A stretch of DNA of 19,326 nt from Archangium sp. (GTDB taxonomy: Bacteria > Myxococcota > Myxococcia > Myxococcales > Myxococcaceae). The notes beneath the pieces were generated by a model. It did not search any database and had not been told where the DNA came from. It saw nothing but the letters and a program-made list of their open reading frames with translations. Position 1 is the stretch's first letter, and every line of letters starts with the position of its first letter. Made by a program: the position numbers and the translations under genes. This document shows, piece after piece, positions 6,690 through 15,182 of the stretch. The stretch spans positions 1 through 19,326 of the forward strand of contig JANLPS010000540.1 in NCBI GenBank assembly GCA_031367385.1, in the 5' to 3' direction.

Positions 6690-9191
6690 ATGCCCTCGCT
6701 CGCCACTGCCACTGCGCCGACCTCGTACGAGACCTCTGGAGGCCGATTGATCGGAGTCGATGGCCGAGCCCTGCCGCTCAAAGGCGCCTCGCTGACCGCC
6801 GACGCCAAGGGCGGCATCATTCGCGTCACGCTCGAGCAGACCTTCGCCAACGCTTTCGACGAGCCCTTGCGCGTCACCTACAGCCTGCCGCTGCCAGCCG
6901 ACGGAGCCGTCAGTGGCTTCGCGTTTCGCATCGGTGACAAGCGCATCGTCGGCGAGGTCAACACCAAGCAACAGGCCCGCCAGCGCTTCGAAGACGCGAT
7001 CATCGAAGGCCGCACCGCCGCCATTCTCGACCAGGAGCGCAGCAGCCTCTTCACCCAAGAAGTGGGCAACATCCCTCCGCGCACCGAGGTGGTGTGCGAG
7101 GTGACCATCGATCAGAAGCTCGCCTGGCTGCCCGACGGGTGCTGGGAGTGGCGCTTTCCGACGGTGATTGCGCCGCGGTACCTCGGCGAGACCGGCCGTG
7201 TCGCTGACCACGCGAAGGTCACCGTCGACGTCGCTGATCAGGCGTTGCCCGTGAAGCTCGCCCTGGCCCTGTCGATTCGAGACCTGCTGCCCCAGACGGT
7301 TCGACCGGAGTCGCCCAGCCACTCCCTGCACACCGCCCGCGGCGTGCAGCGGATGGACGTGACCTTCGGTGACGAGCGTGGCGTCTGGCTCGATCGCGAC
7401 GTGGTCGTGCGGTGGAAGGTGGCGGCGCACGCGGTCGGCACTTCGATGGACACGGTGCGGCTCAACGCTGACAACGCCTACGGCCTGGTGACCCTGGTGC
7501 CACCCGAGCTCGACGCGCAGATGCAGGCGCAGCCTCGCGATCTCATCGTGCTGCTCGACACCTCTGGCTCGATGTCGGGCATGCCGCTCGATCAAGCACG
7601 GCGGGTGACCTCGGCGTTGATCGACACGTTGACTGCGCACGATCAAGTCGAGCTGATCGAGTTCTCGAGTACCCCCCGGAGGTGGAAGACGGCGCCGGTG
7701 ATGGCGACTCCGGCGAATCGGCGTGACGCGCAGGCCTGGCTGGCGCAATTGCGTGCGTCGGGCGGCACTGAAATGCGCGCCGGTATTCTCGAGGCGTTGC
7801 GCGGTGTACGCGATCAGGCCCAGCGGCAAGTGGTGTTGATCACCGACGGGTTGATCGGCAGCGAGCACGAGGTCTTGCAGGCGATCGCCCACCAGCTCCC
7901 CTCGGCGTCACGCGTGCACACCATCGGCGTCGGCTCTTCGGTCAATCGCAGCCTCACTGCGCCCGCGGCGCGAGCGGGCCGGGGCGTCGAGCTGATCGTT
8001 GGCCTCGGCGAAGACGTCGAGACTGGCGTCAAGCGGCTGCTGGCGCGCACCTCGGCGCCATTGGTCACCGAGCTGTCGATCAGCGGCTCGGCGGTGCTCG
8101 ACGTGTCGCCTCAGCGGCTGCCTGATCTCTACGGCGGCTCACCTGCGCTGCTCTCGGTCAAGCTCGACCCGCGCGGGGGTGAGCTCGTCATTCGCGGCAA
8201 GACGGCGCAGGGCCTGATGGAAGAACGTCTGGCCGTGCCTCCGCTGCACGCAGGCGAAGGGAGCCGGGCAATCGCCACGCTGTTCGGCCGCGAGCTCGTC
8301 GAAGACCTCGAGCAGAACCGGGTCATCGAGGGCAGGGGAGAGGCGTTCGACCCACGCATCGAGAAGGCAGGGCTCGAGTTTCAGATCTCCACCCGGTTGA
8401 CCTCGTGGGTGGCGGTGAGCGAGCTGCAAACCGTCGACCCGCGCGCGCCGCGGCGAGCTGAGAACCAGCCCCAGTCACCCGTGTATGGGGTGTCGGCCGA
8501 GGGCCTCGGGCTTCGTGCCGCGTCGAGTGGGGTCGCGGTGGCGCCCGCGATGAACCTGCTGGTCGGAGCCGCTCCCGGTCGGGCATCGATGCAACGCTCG
8601 CGCACCGGCGCGGGTCACGCGGCGGTTCCCCCGTCGGCTCCGGCTCGAAAGCAGATGATGAAAGACGACGCCGCTCCACTTGGCGGCGCGGCTCCCGAGT
8701 CGAGGTACGCCCAAGAAGATGACGAAGCCTCGATCTCGCGAGACGAAGCCCCCAAGGAGGCAGAGAGCGAACGCTTCGATGCACCGCTTTCGCCGGCGAA
8801 GAGCGCAAAGGCCCCTGAACCGGTCGAGAACAAGAAGAAGTCGGTCGGGCTCAAAGACCTGGTTCGCCGCGCGTTTGGGTTGAGCGAAGGGGCTCCGCTC
8901 TCGGTTCGCCGCTTGCTCGGAGCGTTGATTTCACTCGCGAATCGCCGCCTGGTGGCGACCCTCAAGGTCGACTCCGCCGGGTTGCAGTGGGCGCCCGGGG
9001 CCACGGCGTCGGTCGAGCTGGCCGATGGGTCGATGGTCGAAGTGACCGTCAACCTCGCGCTGACCACCGGAGGCGGCTCGTACGGTGGAGGGCTCGAAGT
9101 CACCTTGGTGCTCGACGTGCCCGCTGACCTCGGGCCGCCGAAGGCCATTCACCTCGTCAACAACGGCGAGACGACCGAGATCTCGCTGTAG
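6690..9191 (+). CDS. VIT (inter-alpha-trypsin/vault) and vWA domain protein
   Basis: VIT motifs (LEQTFAN, YSLPLPADGAVSGF, FTQEVGNIPP), MIDAS LDTSGSMSG, GGTEM, LITDG and TSWVAV. These are followed by an Ala/Pro/Glu-rich linker and a small beta-rich C-terminal domain. AAGGA RBS. Confidence 0.92.
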   Translation: MPSLATATAPTSYETSGGRLIGVDGRALPLKGASLTADAKGGIIRVTLEQTFANAFDEPLRVTYSLPLPADGAVSGFAFRIGDKRIVGEVNTKQQARQRFEDAIIEGRTAAILDQERSSLFTQEVGNIPPRTEVVCEVTIDQKLAWLPDGCWEWRFPTVIAPRYLGETGRVADHAKVTVDVADQALPVKLALALSIRDLLPQTVRPESPSHSLHTARGVQRMDVTFGDERGVWLDRDVVVRWKVAAHAVGTSMDTVRLNADNAYGLVTLVPPELDAQMQAQPRDLIVLLDTSGSMSGMPLDQARRVTSALIDTLTAHDQVELIEFSSTPRRWKTAPVMATPANRRDAQAWLAQLRASGGTEMRAGILEALRGVRDQAQRQVVLITDGLIGSEHEVLQAIAHQLPSASRVHTIGVGSSVNRSLTAPAARAGRGVELIVGLGEDVETGVKRLLARTSAPLVTELSISGSAVLDVSPQRLPDLYGGSPALLSVKLDPRGGELVIRGKTAQGLMEERLAVPPLHAGEGSRAIATLFGRELVEDLEQNRVIEGRGEAFDPRIEKAGLEFQISTRLTSWVAVSELQTVDPRAPRRAENQPQSPVYGVSAEGLGLRAASSGVAVAPAMNLLVGAAPGRASMQRSRTGAGHAAVPPSAPARKQMMKDDAAPLGGAAPESRYAQEDDEASISRDEAPKEAESERFDAPLSPAKSAKAPEPVENKKKSVGLKDLVRRAFGLSEGAPLSVRRLLGALISLANRRLVATLKVDSAGLQWAPGATASVELADGSMVEVTVNLALTTGGGSYGGGLEVTLVLDVPADLGPPKAIHLVNNGETTEISL

Positions 9192-9210
9192 GCTTTGGCC
9201 CCCAAGACCC

Positions 9211-9786
9211 GTGCAACACGAGCTCGACATGTTGGCCGCAATCGCCGCCGGTGACGCTGAGGCCTTTGGCCGCTGGGTCGCCGACGTCGAGTCGTCGGTG
9301 CGAACGTCACTGCGGCCCTTCGCCGCGGTGGTCGATACCGAAGCCGTGCTGCAAGAAGCTTTTCTGCGGGTCTGGCAAGTGGTGCCGCGCTTCGTTCACG
9401 ACGGGCGCGCGCACGCACTGCTTCGCTTCACCGTCACCACGGCGAGAAACGTGGCGGTGAGCGAGCTTCGAAAGGCCGCTCCGAGCACCGAGGCGCTCGA
9501 GGTGCTCGAGCAGGGGTTGTCACTCGAGTCGCACATCGCGCCCGTGAGAGGCGACCCGTTCTTGCGTCAGGCGATCGCGGTGTGCAGAGAGAAGCTGCCG
9601 AAGCAGCCCGGGTTGGCGCTCGAGCAGCGGCTGACCTCGAGCGGCGCCGACGAAGACAGCGTGCTCGCCGCGCGCGTCAACATGTCGCTCAACACCTTTC
9701 TGCAGAACTTCACCCGCGCCCGAAAGTTTCTCGCGGAGTGCCTCAAAGCCGCCGGCATCGACCTCGACGGAGAGCTCGCGCCATGA
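9211..9786 (+). CDS. Divergent ECF-type sigma factor
   Basis: AAGDAEAF, DTEAVLQEAFLRVWQ and TTARNVAVSELRK (region 2); MSLNTFLQNFTRARKFLAECL (region 4-like). Start is GTG 9211 or ATG 9229. Confidence 0.75.
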   Translation: MQHELDMLAAIAAGDAEAFGRWVADVESSVRTSLRPFAAVVDTEAVLQEAFLRVWQVVPRFVHDGRAHALLRFTVTTARNVAVSELRKAAPSTEALEVLEQGLSLESHIAPVRGDPFLRQAIAVCREKLPKQPGLALEQRLTSSGADEDSVLAARVNMSLNTFLQNFTRARKFLAECLKAAGIDLDGELAP

Positions 9787-10013
9787 CGCCAGCAGAACAG
9801 GCGCTGCGCGAGCAGGTCACCAGCGCCCACCGCGAGCGCGGCGTCGACGGGCAGATCAAATCGCACCCGGCGTGGCACGACCTCGATCAGGCTGCGCGCG
9901 TCGAGGCGTTCGAAGAGACGCTCGTGTTACGAATGCTCGAACGTGCACTCGACGCGCAGGAGCAGAGCACGACGGTGAAGGCGCTGCTCGCCCGGCTGCA
10001 CGGCCAGCGCTGA
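9783..10013 (+). CDS. 76-aa hypothetical protein translationally coupled to the sigma factor
   Basis: ATG 9783 overlaps the sigma stop (ATGA). MTPAEQALREQ...HPAWHDLD...LERALD looks helical and soluble; high GC3. Confidence 0.7.
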   Translation: MTPAEQALREQVTSAHRERGVDGQIKSHPAWHDLDQAARVEAFEETLVLRMLERALDAQEQSTTVKALLARLHGQR

Positions 10014-10018
10014 ACGAC

Positions 10019-10231
10019 TCACTTGGGGTAGCAGAGCCCCGGGCAGTCAGCGCCATTGGGCGGTGCGCATTGATCTCTCGGGTCGTCTTGGCAGACCGAG
10101 CCGGCGGGGCAGGCGGTGCCGACGAGGCCTCCGCACGCGACGGTGCCGCCGTCAGCACTGCTCAAAGGAGCGCGCCCGCACCCGGAGGCCGCGAGGAGAA
10201 CGACGACGAGAAAACGCAGTGAATTTCGCAT
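10019..10231 (-). CDS. Small Cys-rich lipoprotein (CGG..G..CP.G..C.DDP.D.C....GADC.G.C)
   Basis: Lipobox ASGC followed by a six-Cys mini-domain. Confidence 0.75.
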   Translation of the reverse strand: MRNSLRFLVVVLLAASGCGRAPLSSADGGTVACGGLVGTACPAGSVCQDDPRDQCAPPNGADCPGLCYPK

Positions 10232-10352
10232 GCTTCAGCCGGTGAGCAAATGTGGGGCCAAGGCCCGCTCCCGCGGGCGACGACCCGAGCAACGCTCAAG
10301 AAAGTGAGACCCGACGGGGCGAGGCGACATCAAAGTCTCAGGCGCCCGTGCC

Positions 10353-10470
10353 CTACCGGGTGTAGACGCCGACGCCGTACTCGAGCACCACGAAGACCTG
10401 GGTTGGCGTGACGAAGACCGCAGAGGCGTAGCTGCCCAACCCGCAGCACGGCAACGGCGGCGATTCGCAT
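10353..10470 (-). pseudogene. Remnant of an internally deleted exported-protein gene
   Basis: ATG 10470 MRIAAVAVL (signal-like, 10 bp after the upstream stop) joins out of frame near 10443 to high-GC3 codons GLGSYASAVFVTPTQVFVVLEYGVGVYTR*. Confidence 0.45.
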
Positions 10471-10479
10471 CGCCCCGGT

Positions 10480-10905
10480 TTAGTACGTCTGGTGCGTTCG
10501 GTCGAAGTGCTGGCAGGCCGAGACGTTCTCTTTGCCGGCGCGGGTGGCGATGTCGGCGCTCTGCTCGGTGCAGTCGGGCTCGGTCTGATAGCACTGCGAG
10601 TTGCTGGTCTCGCCCTCGACCCAGCCGAAGCAGTACACGCCTTCGCTGTCTTTGCAGGCGCCGGCCACTTCATACTTCTCGGCCGTGCGGGCCGCGACGC
10701 GGGCCTGGCAGAGGTCGGCGGTCAGGGCGCACTCGTGTCGGTCTTGGCCGTTGCCGGTGTAGCCGAAGCAGAAGTACGGGTCGCCGCTGCGGTGGGTCAA
10801 GCGGTTGCCATCGAGCTCGAGACGCCCCGAAGCATCGCGTTTCGGCGTGGTGGCGCAGGCGGTGAGGGCAACGGCAACGAGGGTGACTGCAAAGATGATT
10901 CGCAC
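10480..10905 (-). CDS. Lipoprotein with two tandem 4-Cys repeats
   Basis: GTG 10905 starts (M)RIIFAVTLVAVALTAC, a lipobox. Two C-x12-C-x6-C-x17/18-C units follow, each beginning CFG. Confidence 0.8.
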   Translation of the reverse strand: MRIIFAVTLVAVALTACATTPKRDASGRLELDGNRLTHRSGDPYFCFGYTGNGQDRHECALTADLCQARVAARTAEKYEVAGACKDSEGVYCFGWVEGETSNSQCYQTEPDCTEQSADIATRAGKENVSACQHFDRTHQTY

Positions 10906-10934
10906 GGTGTTTTTCTTTCTGTTCAACGGATTTT

Positions 10935-11678
10935 TTAGAACTTCACACGCCGCATCACGAAGCGCGGCATCGCTTTGATCGCGGTCATGACGGCCTTCCA
11001 CACCGCGGGGGCATACACCACCGGAGTGCCTTCATCGATGGCTCGCACCACGGCTGTCGCCACTTCATCGGGGTCGCCCGCGAACGGAGGGGCCTTCATG
11101 CCCTCGGTCATACCGGTGCGAACGAAGCCTGGCTTCACGCAGACGGTGATCAACCCCTGCGAGCGGTACCGGTGATCGAGCCCTTCGAGGTACGCGCTCA
11201 GGCCCGCTTTGGCCGCCCCGTACATCACCTGGGGCGTACGGCCGCGATCTCCGGCGACTGACGAGAACACGCACAGCGTGCCCCCGCCGCGCATCATCAG
11301 TTTCTTGCGCGACTCTTCGCAGAACAGCACGGTGTTCGAGAAGTCGATCGTGAGCATTCGCTGCAGCAGGGTCGGGTCGGCCTCGAGGCGCTCTTGTGTC
11401 GCGAACAGCCCGGCGGTCACCACCACGGTGTCGAGGCCGTCGAGGGCTTGCTCGGTCTCTTCGAGCACTGAACGAAATGACTCGGGTTTTTCGAGGTCGC
11501 ACAGCGCGGTGGTGACCCGAACACCGGGCACCCCGCGAGCCTTCAGGTCGGCGGCGCTGCGGGCGAGCTCATCGGCGTCACGGCCGAGAATCGCCACCCA
11601 GTCTCCGCGCTCGATGAACCTGCGGGCCAGCGAGCGCCCCATGCCGCGGGTGCCGCCCAACACCGCTACGCGTCTCAT
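10935..11678 (-). CDS. SDR oxidoreductase, DprE2-like (polyprenyl-phospho-2-ketopentose reductase)
   Basis: GGTRGMG, FSSVAGDRGR, YGAAKAGLSAYLEGL and VKPGFVRT. ATGA-coupled to the DprE1-like gene. Confidence 0.88.
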   Translation of the reverse strand: MRRVAVLGGTRGMGRSLARRFIERGDWVAILGRDADELARSAADLKARGVPGVRVTTALCDLEKPESFRSVLEETEQALDGLDTVVVTAGLFATQERLEADPTLLQRMLTIDFSNTVLFCEESRKKLMMRGGGTLCVFSSVAGDRGRTPQVMYGAAKAGLSAYLEGLDHRYRSQGLITVCVKPGFVRTGMTEGMKAPPFAGDPDEVATAVVRAIDEGTPVVYAPAVWKAVMTAIKAMPRFVMRRVKF

Positions 11679-12991
11679 GATGGGTCACCGAACAAGCGCA
11701 CCGACTGCGCGGAGCGGAAGACCAAATTCGGGTCCCACTTGTGGCGCACCTGGAGAAAGCGGTCGAGCCGCGGCTCCATCGCTTTGAAGTGCTCGGGCCG
11801 GGTGAAGCTGTCTTTGGCGAGGTAAATGCGGCCGCCCACCGAGATGACGTGCTCGTTCAAGGTGTCGACCAACGCTTGCGTGTCAGAGCGCACCGCGATG
11901 TCGAGCGCGATCGACGTGCCCGTCATGGGAAAGGAGAGGAACGCGGGGCTCTCAGGGCCGCAGTCTTTGATCACACACAAGAAGCTGGCCCCGCCGCGCT
12001 TGGTCAAGAGCTCGAGAAAGCGCCGCGCCGCATCGGGCCCGGCCGAGGCCGGCAACACGCACTGGTACTGCGTGAACCCGCGCGGCCCGTACATCAGGTT
12101 CCAATCGCGCACGAAGTCGAGCGGGTAGAAGAAGGCCCACGGGTCGATCAGCCGCTCCTGCTTTTGCCGCAGGTGCGACCAGTAGTAGCCGAAGTTGAAG
12201 GCCTTGATGGTGAGCGGGTTCAAGATGAACTCGGGCGCCTCGAACGGCACCCGCAACCGCAGCGGCTCACTGGGAAAACGCGTCGGCGCTTCATGCGAAT
12301 GCGCCCAGCGGCCCTTGATCAAGATGCCCCGGCCCATGTTGGCGCCCTCTAAGAGACAGTCGATCCACCCCATGGTCATCGGCCACTCGCGCGCTGACTC
12401 TTTGAGGCCCGCGATGAAGGCGTCGATGTCGGGCACCCGCTCAGACTTCTGGTGAATCCACGGAGTGGGGATTCGCTGCATCGGAAATTCGACCTCGTGA
12501 ATCTGGCCGGTGAGCCCCATGCCACCGACGGTCGCGAGAAACAATTCGCGTTCTTGGTTGGGGCCGATCTCTTTGTCTTCTCCGTTGGCCAACCGCATTT
12601 TCAGCCGGTCGACGTGGCTGCCAAAACAGCCCTCGACGTGGTGGTTCTTGCCATGAACGTCGGCCGCGACCATGCCGCCCAAGGTGACGAACTGAGTGCC
12701 GGGGCTGACCGGTACGAACCAGCCGCGCGGCAAGAAGGTGCGGTTGATGTCGTGCAGCGAGAGGCCAGCTTCGGCGCGAAGCACGCCGGTCTTTTCATCG
12801 AAGCGAACGATGCGATTGGCGCGGGTGGTGTTGACCACCAACGGGTTCGACGCCGGAGGCAATGACGAGTCGCCGTAGCTGCGACCCAAGCCTCGAAACA
12901 GCACCGGCGGCGCTTGGGCGAGGTCTTCGGTCTGCACTTCGCGGCCTGGCGAATACTGGCGGCCCCAACCGGCGATTCGAGATTTCGACAT
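11675..12991 (-). CDS. FAD-binding oxidoreductase, DprE1-like (polyprenyl-phosphoryl-ribose 2'-oxidase)
   Basis: RGLGRSYGDS, PVSPGTQFVTLGGMVAADVHGKNHH, GGMGLTG, FFYPLD, YGPRGFTQYQ and GGRIYLAKDS. Confidence 0.92.
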   Translation of the reverse strand: MSKSRIAGWGRQYSPGREVQTEDLAQAPPVLFRGLGRSYGDSSLPPASNPLVVNTTRANRIVRFDEKTGVLRAEAGLSLHDINRTFLPRGWFVPVSPGTQFVTLGGMVAADVHGKNHHVEGCFGSHVDRLKMRLANGEDKEIGPNQERELFLATVGGMGLTGQIHEVEFPMQRIPTPWIHQKSERVPDIDAFIAGLKESAREWPMTMGWIDCLLEGANMGRGILIKGRWAHSHEAPTRFPSEPLRLRVPFEAPEFILNPLTIKAFNFGYYWSHLRQKQERLIDPWAFFYPLDFVRDWNLMYGPRGFTQYQCVLPASAGPDAARRFLELLTKRGGASFLCVIKDCGPESPAFLSFPMTGTSIALDIAVRSDTQALVDTLNEHVISVGGRIYLAKDSFTRPEHFKAMEPRLDRFLQVRHKWDPNLVFRSAQSVRLFGDPS

Positions 12992-13077
12992 TGGTGGCTA
13001 TGGCTGTAAGCCGGGCGATTGCGCGACGCAACCAAGGCGAATCTTCAGCGAAATCAAATGCATCGCGCTGAGGGCAG

Positions 13078-13117
13078 CTGAATGCATGCATTCAGATTTC
13101 TGAATGCAAATATTCAG
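13078..13117. promoter_or_regulatory. Tandem 18-bp palindromic sites CTGAAT-N6-ATTCAG
   Basis: CTGAATGCATGCATTCAG (13078-13095, perfect) and CTGAATGCAAATATTCAG (13100-13117) have a 22-bp period and lie about 90-125 bp upstream of the dprE1-like start. Confidence 0.6.
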
Positions 13118-15182
13118 GCCCCGGCCCGGCCACCCGGGCGGAGCGGATCAGCTGGTACACCAGCATCACGCTCAGCGCGCTCACCATCACCCAAGTCTCG
13201 CGGCGAAAGTGGGTGTCGAGGCTGGTGGTGAGGGTGGTGAAGTAGCACCCGACGCACATGCCCAGCAGGGCCAGCCAGGGTATCAGCCCCGAGCGGCGAT
13301 GCTCTCGCTCTCCGCCCAGCACGGCCAGAATGAAGAGGCAGTGGAGGTAGTAGTTGGCTGGGTTGAAGACGACGCCGATCAGCGCAGTGCCGAACGCCGC
13401 CGCTTCGTCGAGCGACGCGTTTCGGAGCGCGGTCAGGGTCAGGCCGAGCACGATCACGCAGAGAATCAGCCACGGCCCCTGCTCGCTCACCACGTAGGTC
13501 TTGATCGCGATGTTGTTCACGTGGCCGCTCGCGTTGAGCAATGCGACCTTGTGCAGCCACTCGGGCCAGGCGTCGAAGCCGAAGGCCAGCGACGAGCTCA
13601 CGAAGAGCAGGGCTCCGAAGCCGCCGGCGCCGAGGGCCAGGCCTTTGATGGCTCGCCAGTTCACCGGCTGTCGTCGCAGCACCGGCCACAGCAGGGGTGA
13701 GGCCAGCGTCACGAAGGCCAACGCGGGGAAGGCGCGAATCAGCGCGGCCCACACCAAGAAGGCGCCCGCGAAGACGAAGCGATCTTTCTTGACCATCGCG
13801 ACGCCCAGGCACCAGAGGGCCATCCAGTCGTGGCGCAGGGCTGCTCCGAACCAGTTGGTGCCGAACATGTAGAAGTCAACCGCGCCGAAGGCCGTCATCG
13901 CGATGAAGGCGGTGCGCGGGCCGTACGCCCACCAGAGGGCGGCGAAGGCGAAGAGCATCAGCGCGGCGTCGGCGAGCACGCCCAGCCAGAGCGAGAAGTC
14001 AGAGGCGGGCAGGCTCCCGAAGAGCAGTCGCGCCGCCAAGAACCAGACCGGTGTGGCATTGCCTCCGTGGTCGTTCATGCTGCCCAGAAAGCCGCCGTCT
14101 CCCATCGCCGCGCGGAAGTACTGCATGTCGGTTTTGAACTGGGCCCAGCGCTCGGGCGAAAAGCGGCCGCGCACCTCTTCGATGTAGGCGCGCGATTCAC
14201 CGGTCGTTCGAATCTCGTGGTCACGCAAGTTTCGCAGCGGTTGACCCGCCATCGCATCGAGGCCGCCTCGATCTTCGGCCACCACCGCCACGCTCGCCGC
14301 GTATACGCCGTCGAAACGCAGCTCGTGAAAGTACTTCGCGATCGGGAAGTACGTTCGCATGTCGTAGTGGTGCAAGAAGGTCGGCGCGTTCTTGCCGTCG
14401 TCGCGAAACTGCGCCCGGCCCAGGTTCAAGAAGCACAAGACACCCGTGACACCGCAGAACCCGAGCACCGCCACGAACCAACGCGACCGGGCGCGGGGCT
14501 CGAGCAGCACGGTCGCCATCGCCAGGCCCGCGACCACCGCGCGAATCCAGCTGATTCGTTCGAGGGTTTGACCGACCGAGAGCGTCTGCCAGAGCAGCAC
14601 CCCGCTGCTCGCGAGCACCAAGGCGATGGCGACGCGGCCGACCGCTGGTTTGAGCCGGGCGACCACGAGCGCCACCAGCATCAACGCCGCGAAGGCGAGC
14701 CACCGCCGGTCGAGCGGGTGATCAGGCAGCCACTTGGTGCGCAGCAGGACCGAGCCGGAGGAGGAACCCGACGGGTCGTCGAACAGCTCGACCTCGCTGA
14801 CGCTGAAGCGCCCATCACCGTGCTCTCCGCGCAGGCGAACGTAGCGGGCGCTGGTGTGGGCCCCTCGAAAATGGCGTGTTCGCAGCCCGGGGTCACCCAC
14901 CGGGTCGGCGTAGAATGCGTCGCGCCAGGTCTGCCCGTCGCTCGAGACCGAGATGACGTAGGTATCGTTGTGGTCGGCCTGAATCGCGCCGCCGGTCAGC
15001 GCACGGTCCTCGCCGAGGTCCCATTCCACGGGGCTGCGCAGCTCGAGGGCCGCCTCAGCCAGCCAGTCGTCACCTTCGAACGCAATGACGCCGTCAGTCA
15101 GGCGAGGCGCGACGGCGTTGCGCGTGCCGGAGAGCAGGTTGCCGGGGTCGGCTGCCAGCATCGCCAGGAGCAAGAGCGTCAC
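13092..15182 (-). CDS. Discoidin (F5/8 type C)-domain multi-pass membrane protein, probable GT-C glycosyltransferase
   Basis: N-terminal LTDG...VEWDLG...YVISVSSDGQTW...ARYVRL...SVSEVELF is a discoidin pattern. Many TM segments follow, with a large loop carrying HHYDMRTYF, KYFHEL and DHGGNATPVW, and later LRHDW and LIRAFP. Confidence 0.7.
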   Translation of the reverse strand: MTLLLLAMLAADPGNLLSGTRNAVAPRLTDGVIAFEGDDWLAEAALELRSPVEWDLGEDRALTGGAIQADHNDTYVISVSSDGQTWRDAFYADPVGDPGLRTRHFRGAHTSARYVRLRGEHGDGRFSVSEVELFDDPSGSSSGSVLLRTKWLPDHPLDRRWLAFAALMLVALVVARLKPAVGRVAIALVLASSGVLLWQTLSVGQTLERISWIRAVVAGLAMATVLLEPRARSRWFVAVLGFCGVTGVLCFLNLGRAQFRDDGKNAPTFLHHYDMRTYFPIAKYFHELRFDGVYAASVAVVAEDRGGLDAMAGQPLRNLRDHEIRTTGESRAYIEEVRGRFSPERWAQFKTDMQYFRAAMGDGGFLGSMNDHGGNATPVWFLAARLLFGSLPASDFSLWLGVLADAALMLFAFAALWWAYGPRTAFIAMTAFGAVDFYMFGTNWFGAALRHDWMALWCLGVAMVKKDRFVFAGAFLVWAALIRAFPALAFVTLASPLLWPVLRRQPVNWRAIKGLALGAGGFGALLFVSSSLAFGFDAWPEWLHKVALLNASGHVNNIAIKTYVVSEQGPWLILCVIVLGLTLTALRNASLDEAAAFGTALIGVVFNPANYYLHCLFILAVLGGEREHRRSGLIPWLALLGMCVGCYFTTLTTSLDTHFRRETWVMVSALSVMLVYQLIRSARVAGPGPEYLHSEI

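Noticed and set aside
13056..13065. AAATGCATCG also found at 15400-15409
   Set aside because: A single 10-bp match at different distances from start codons could be chance.
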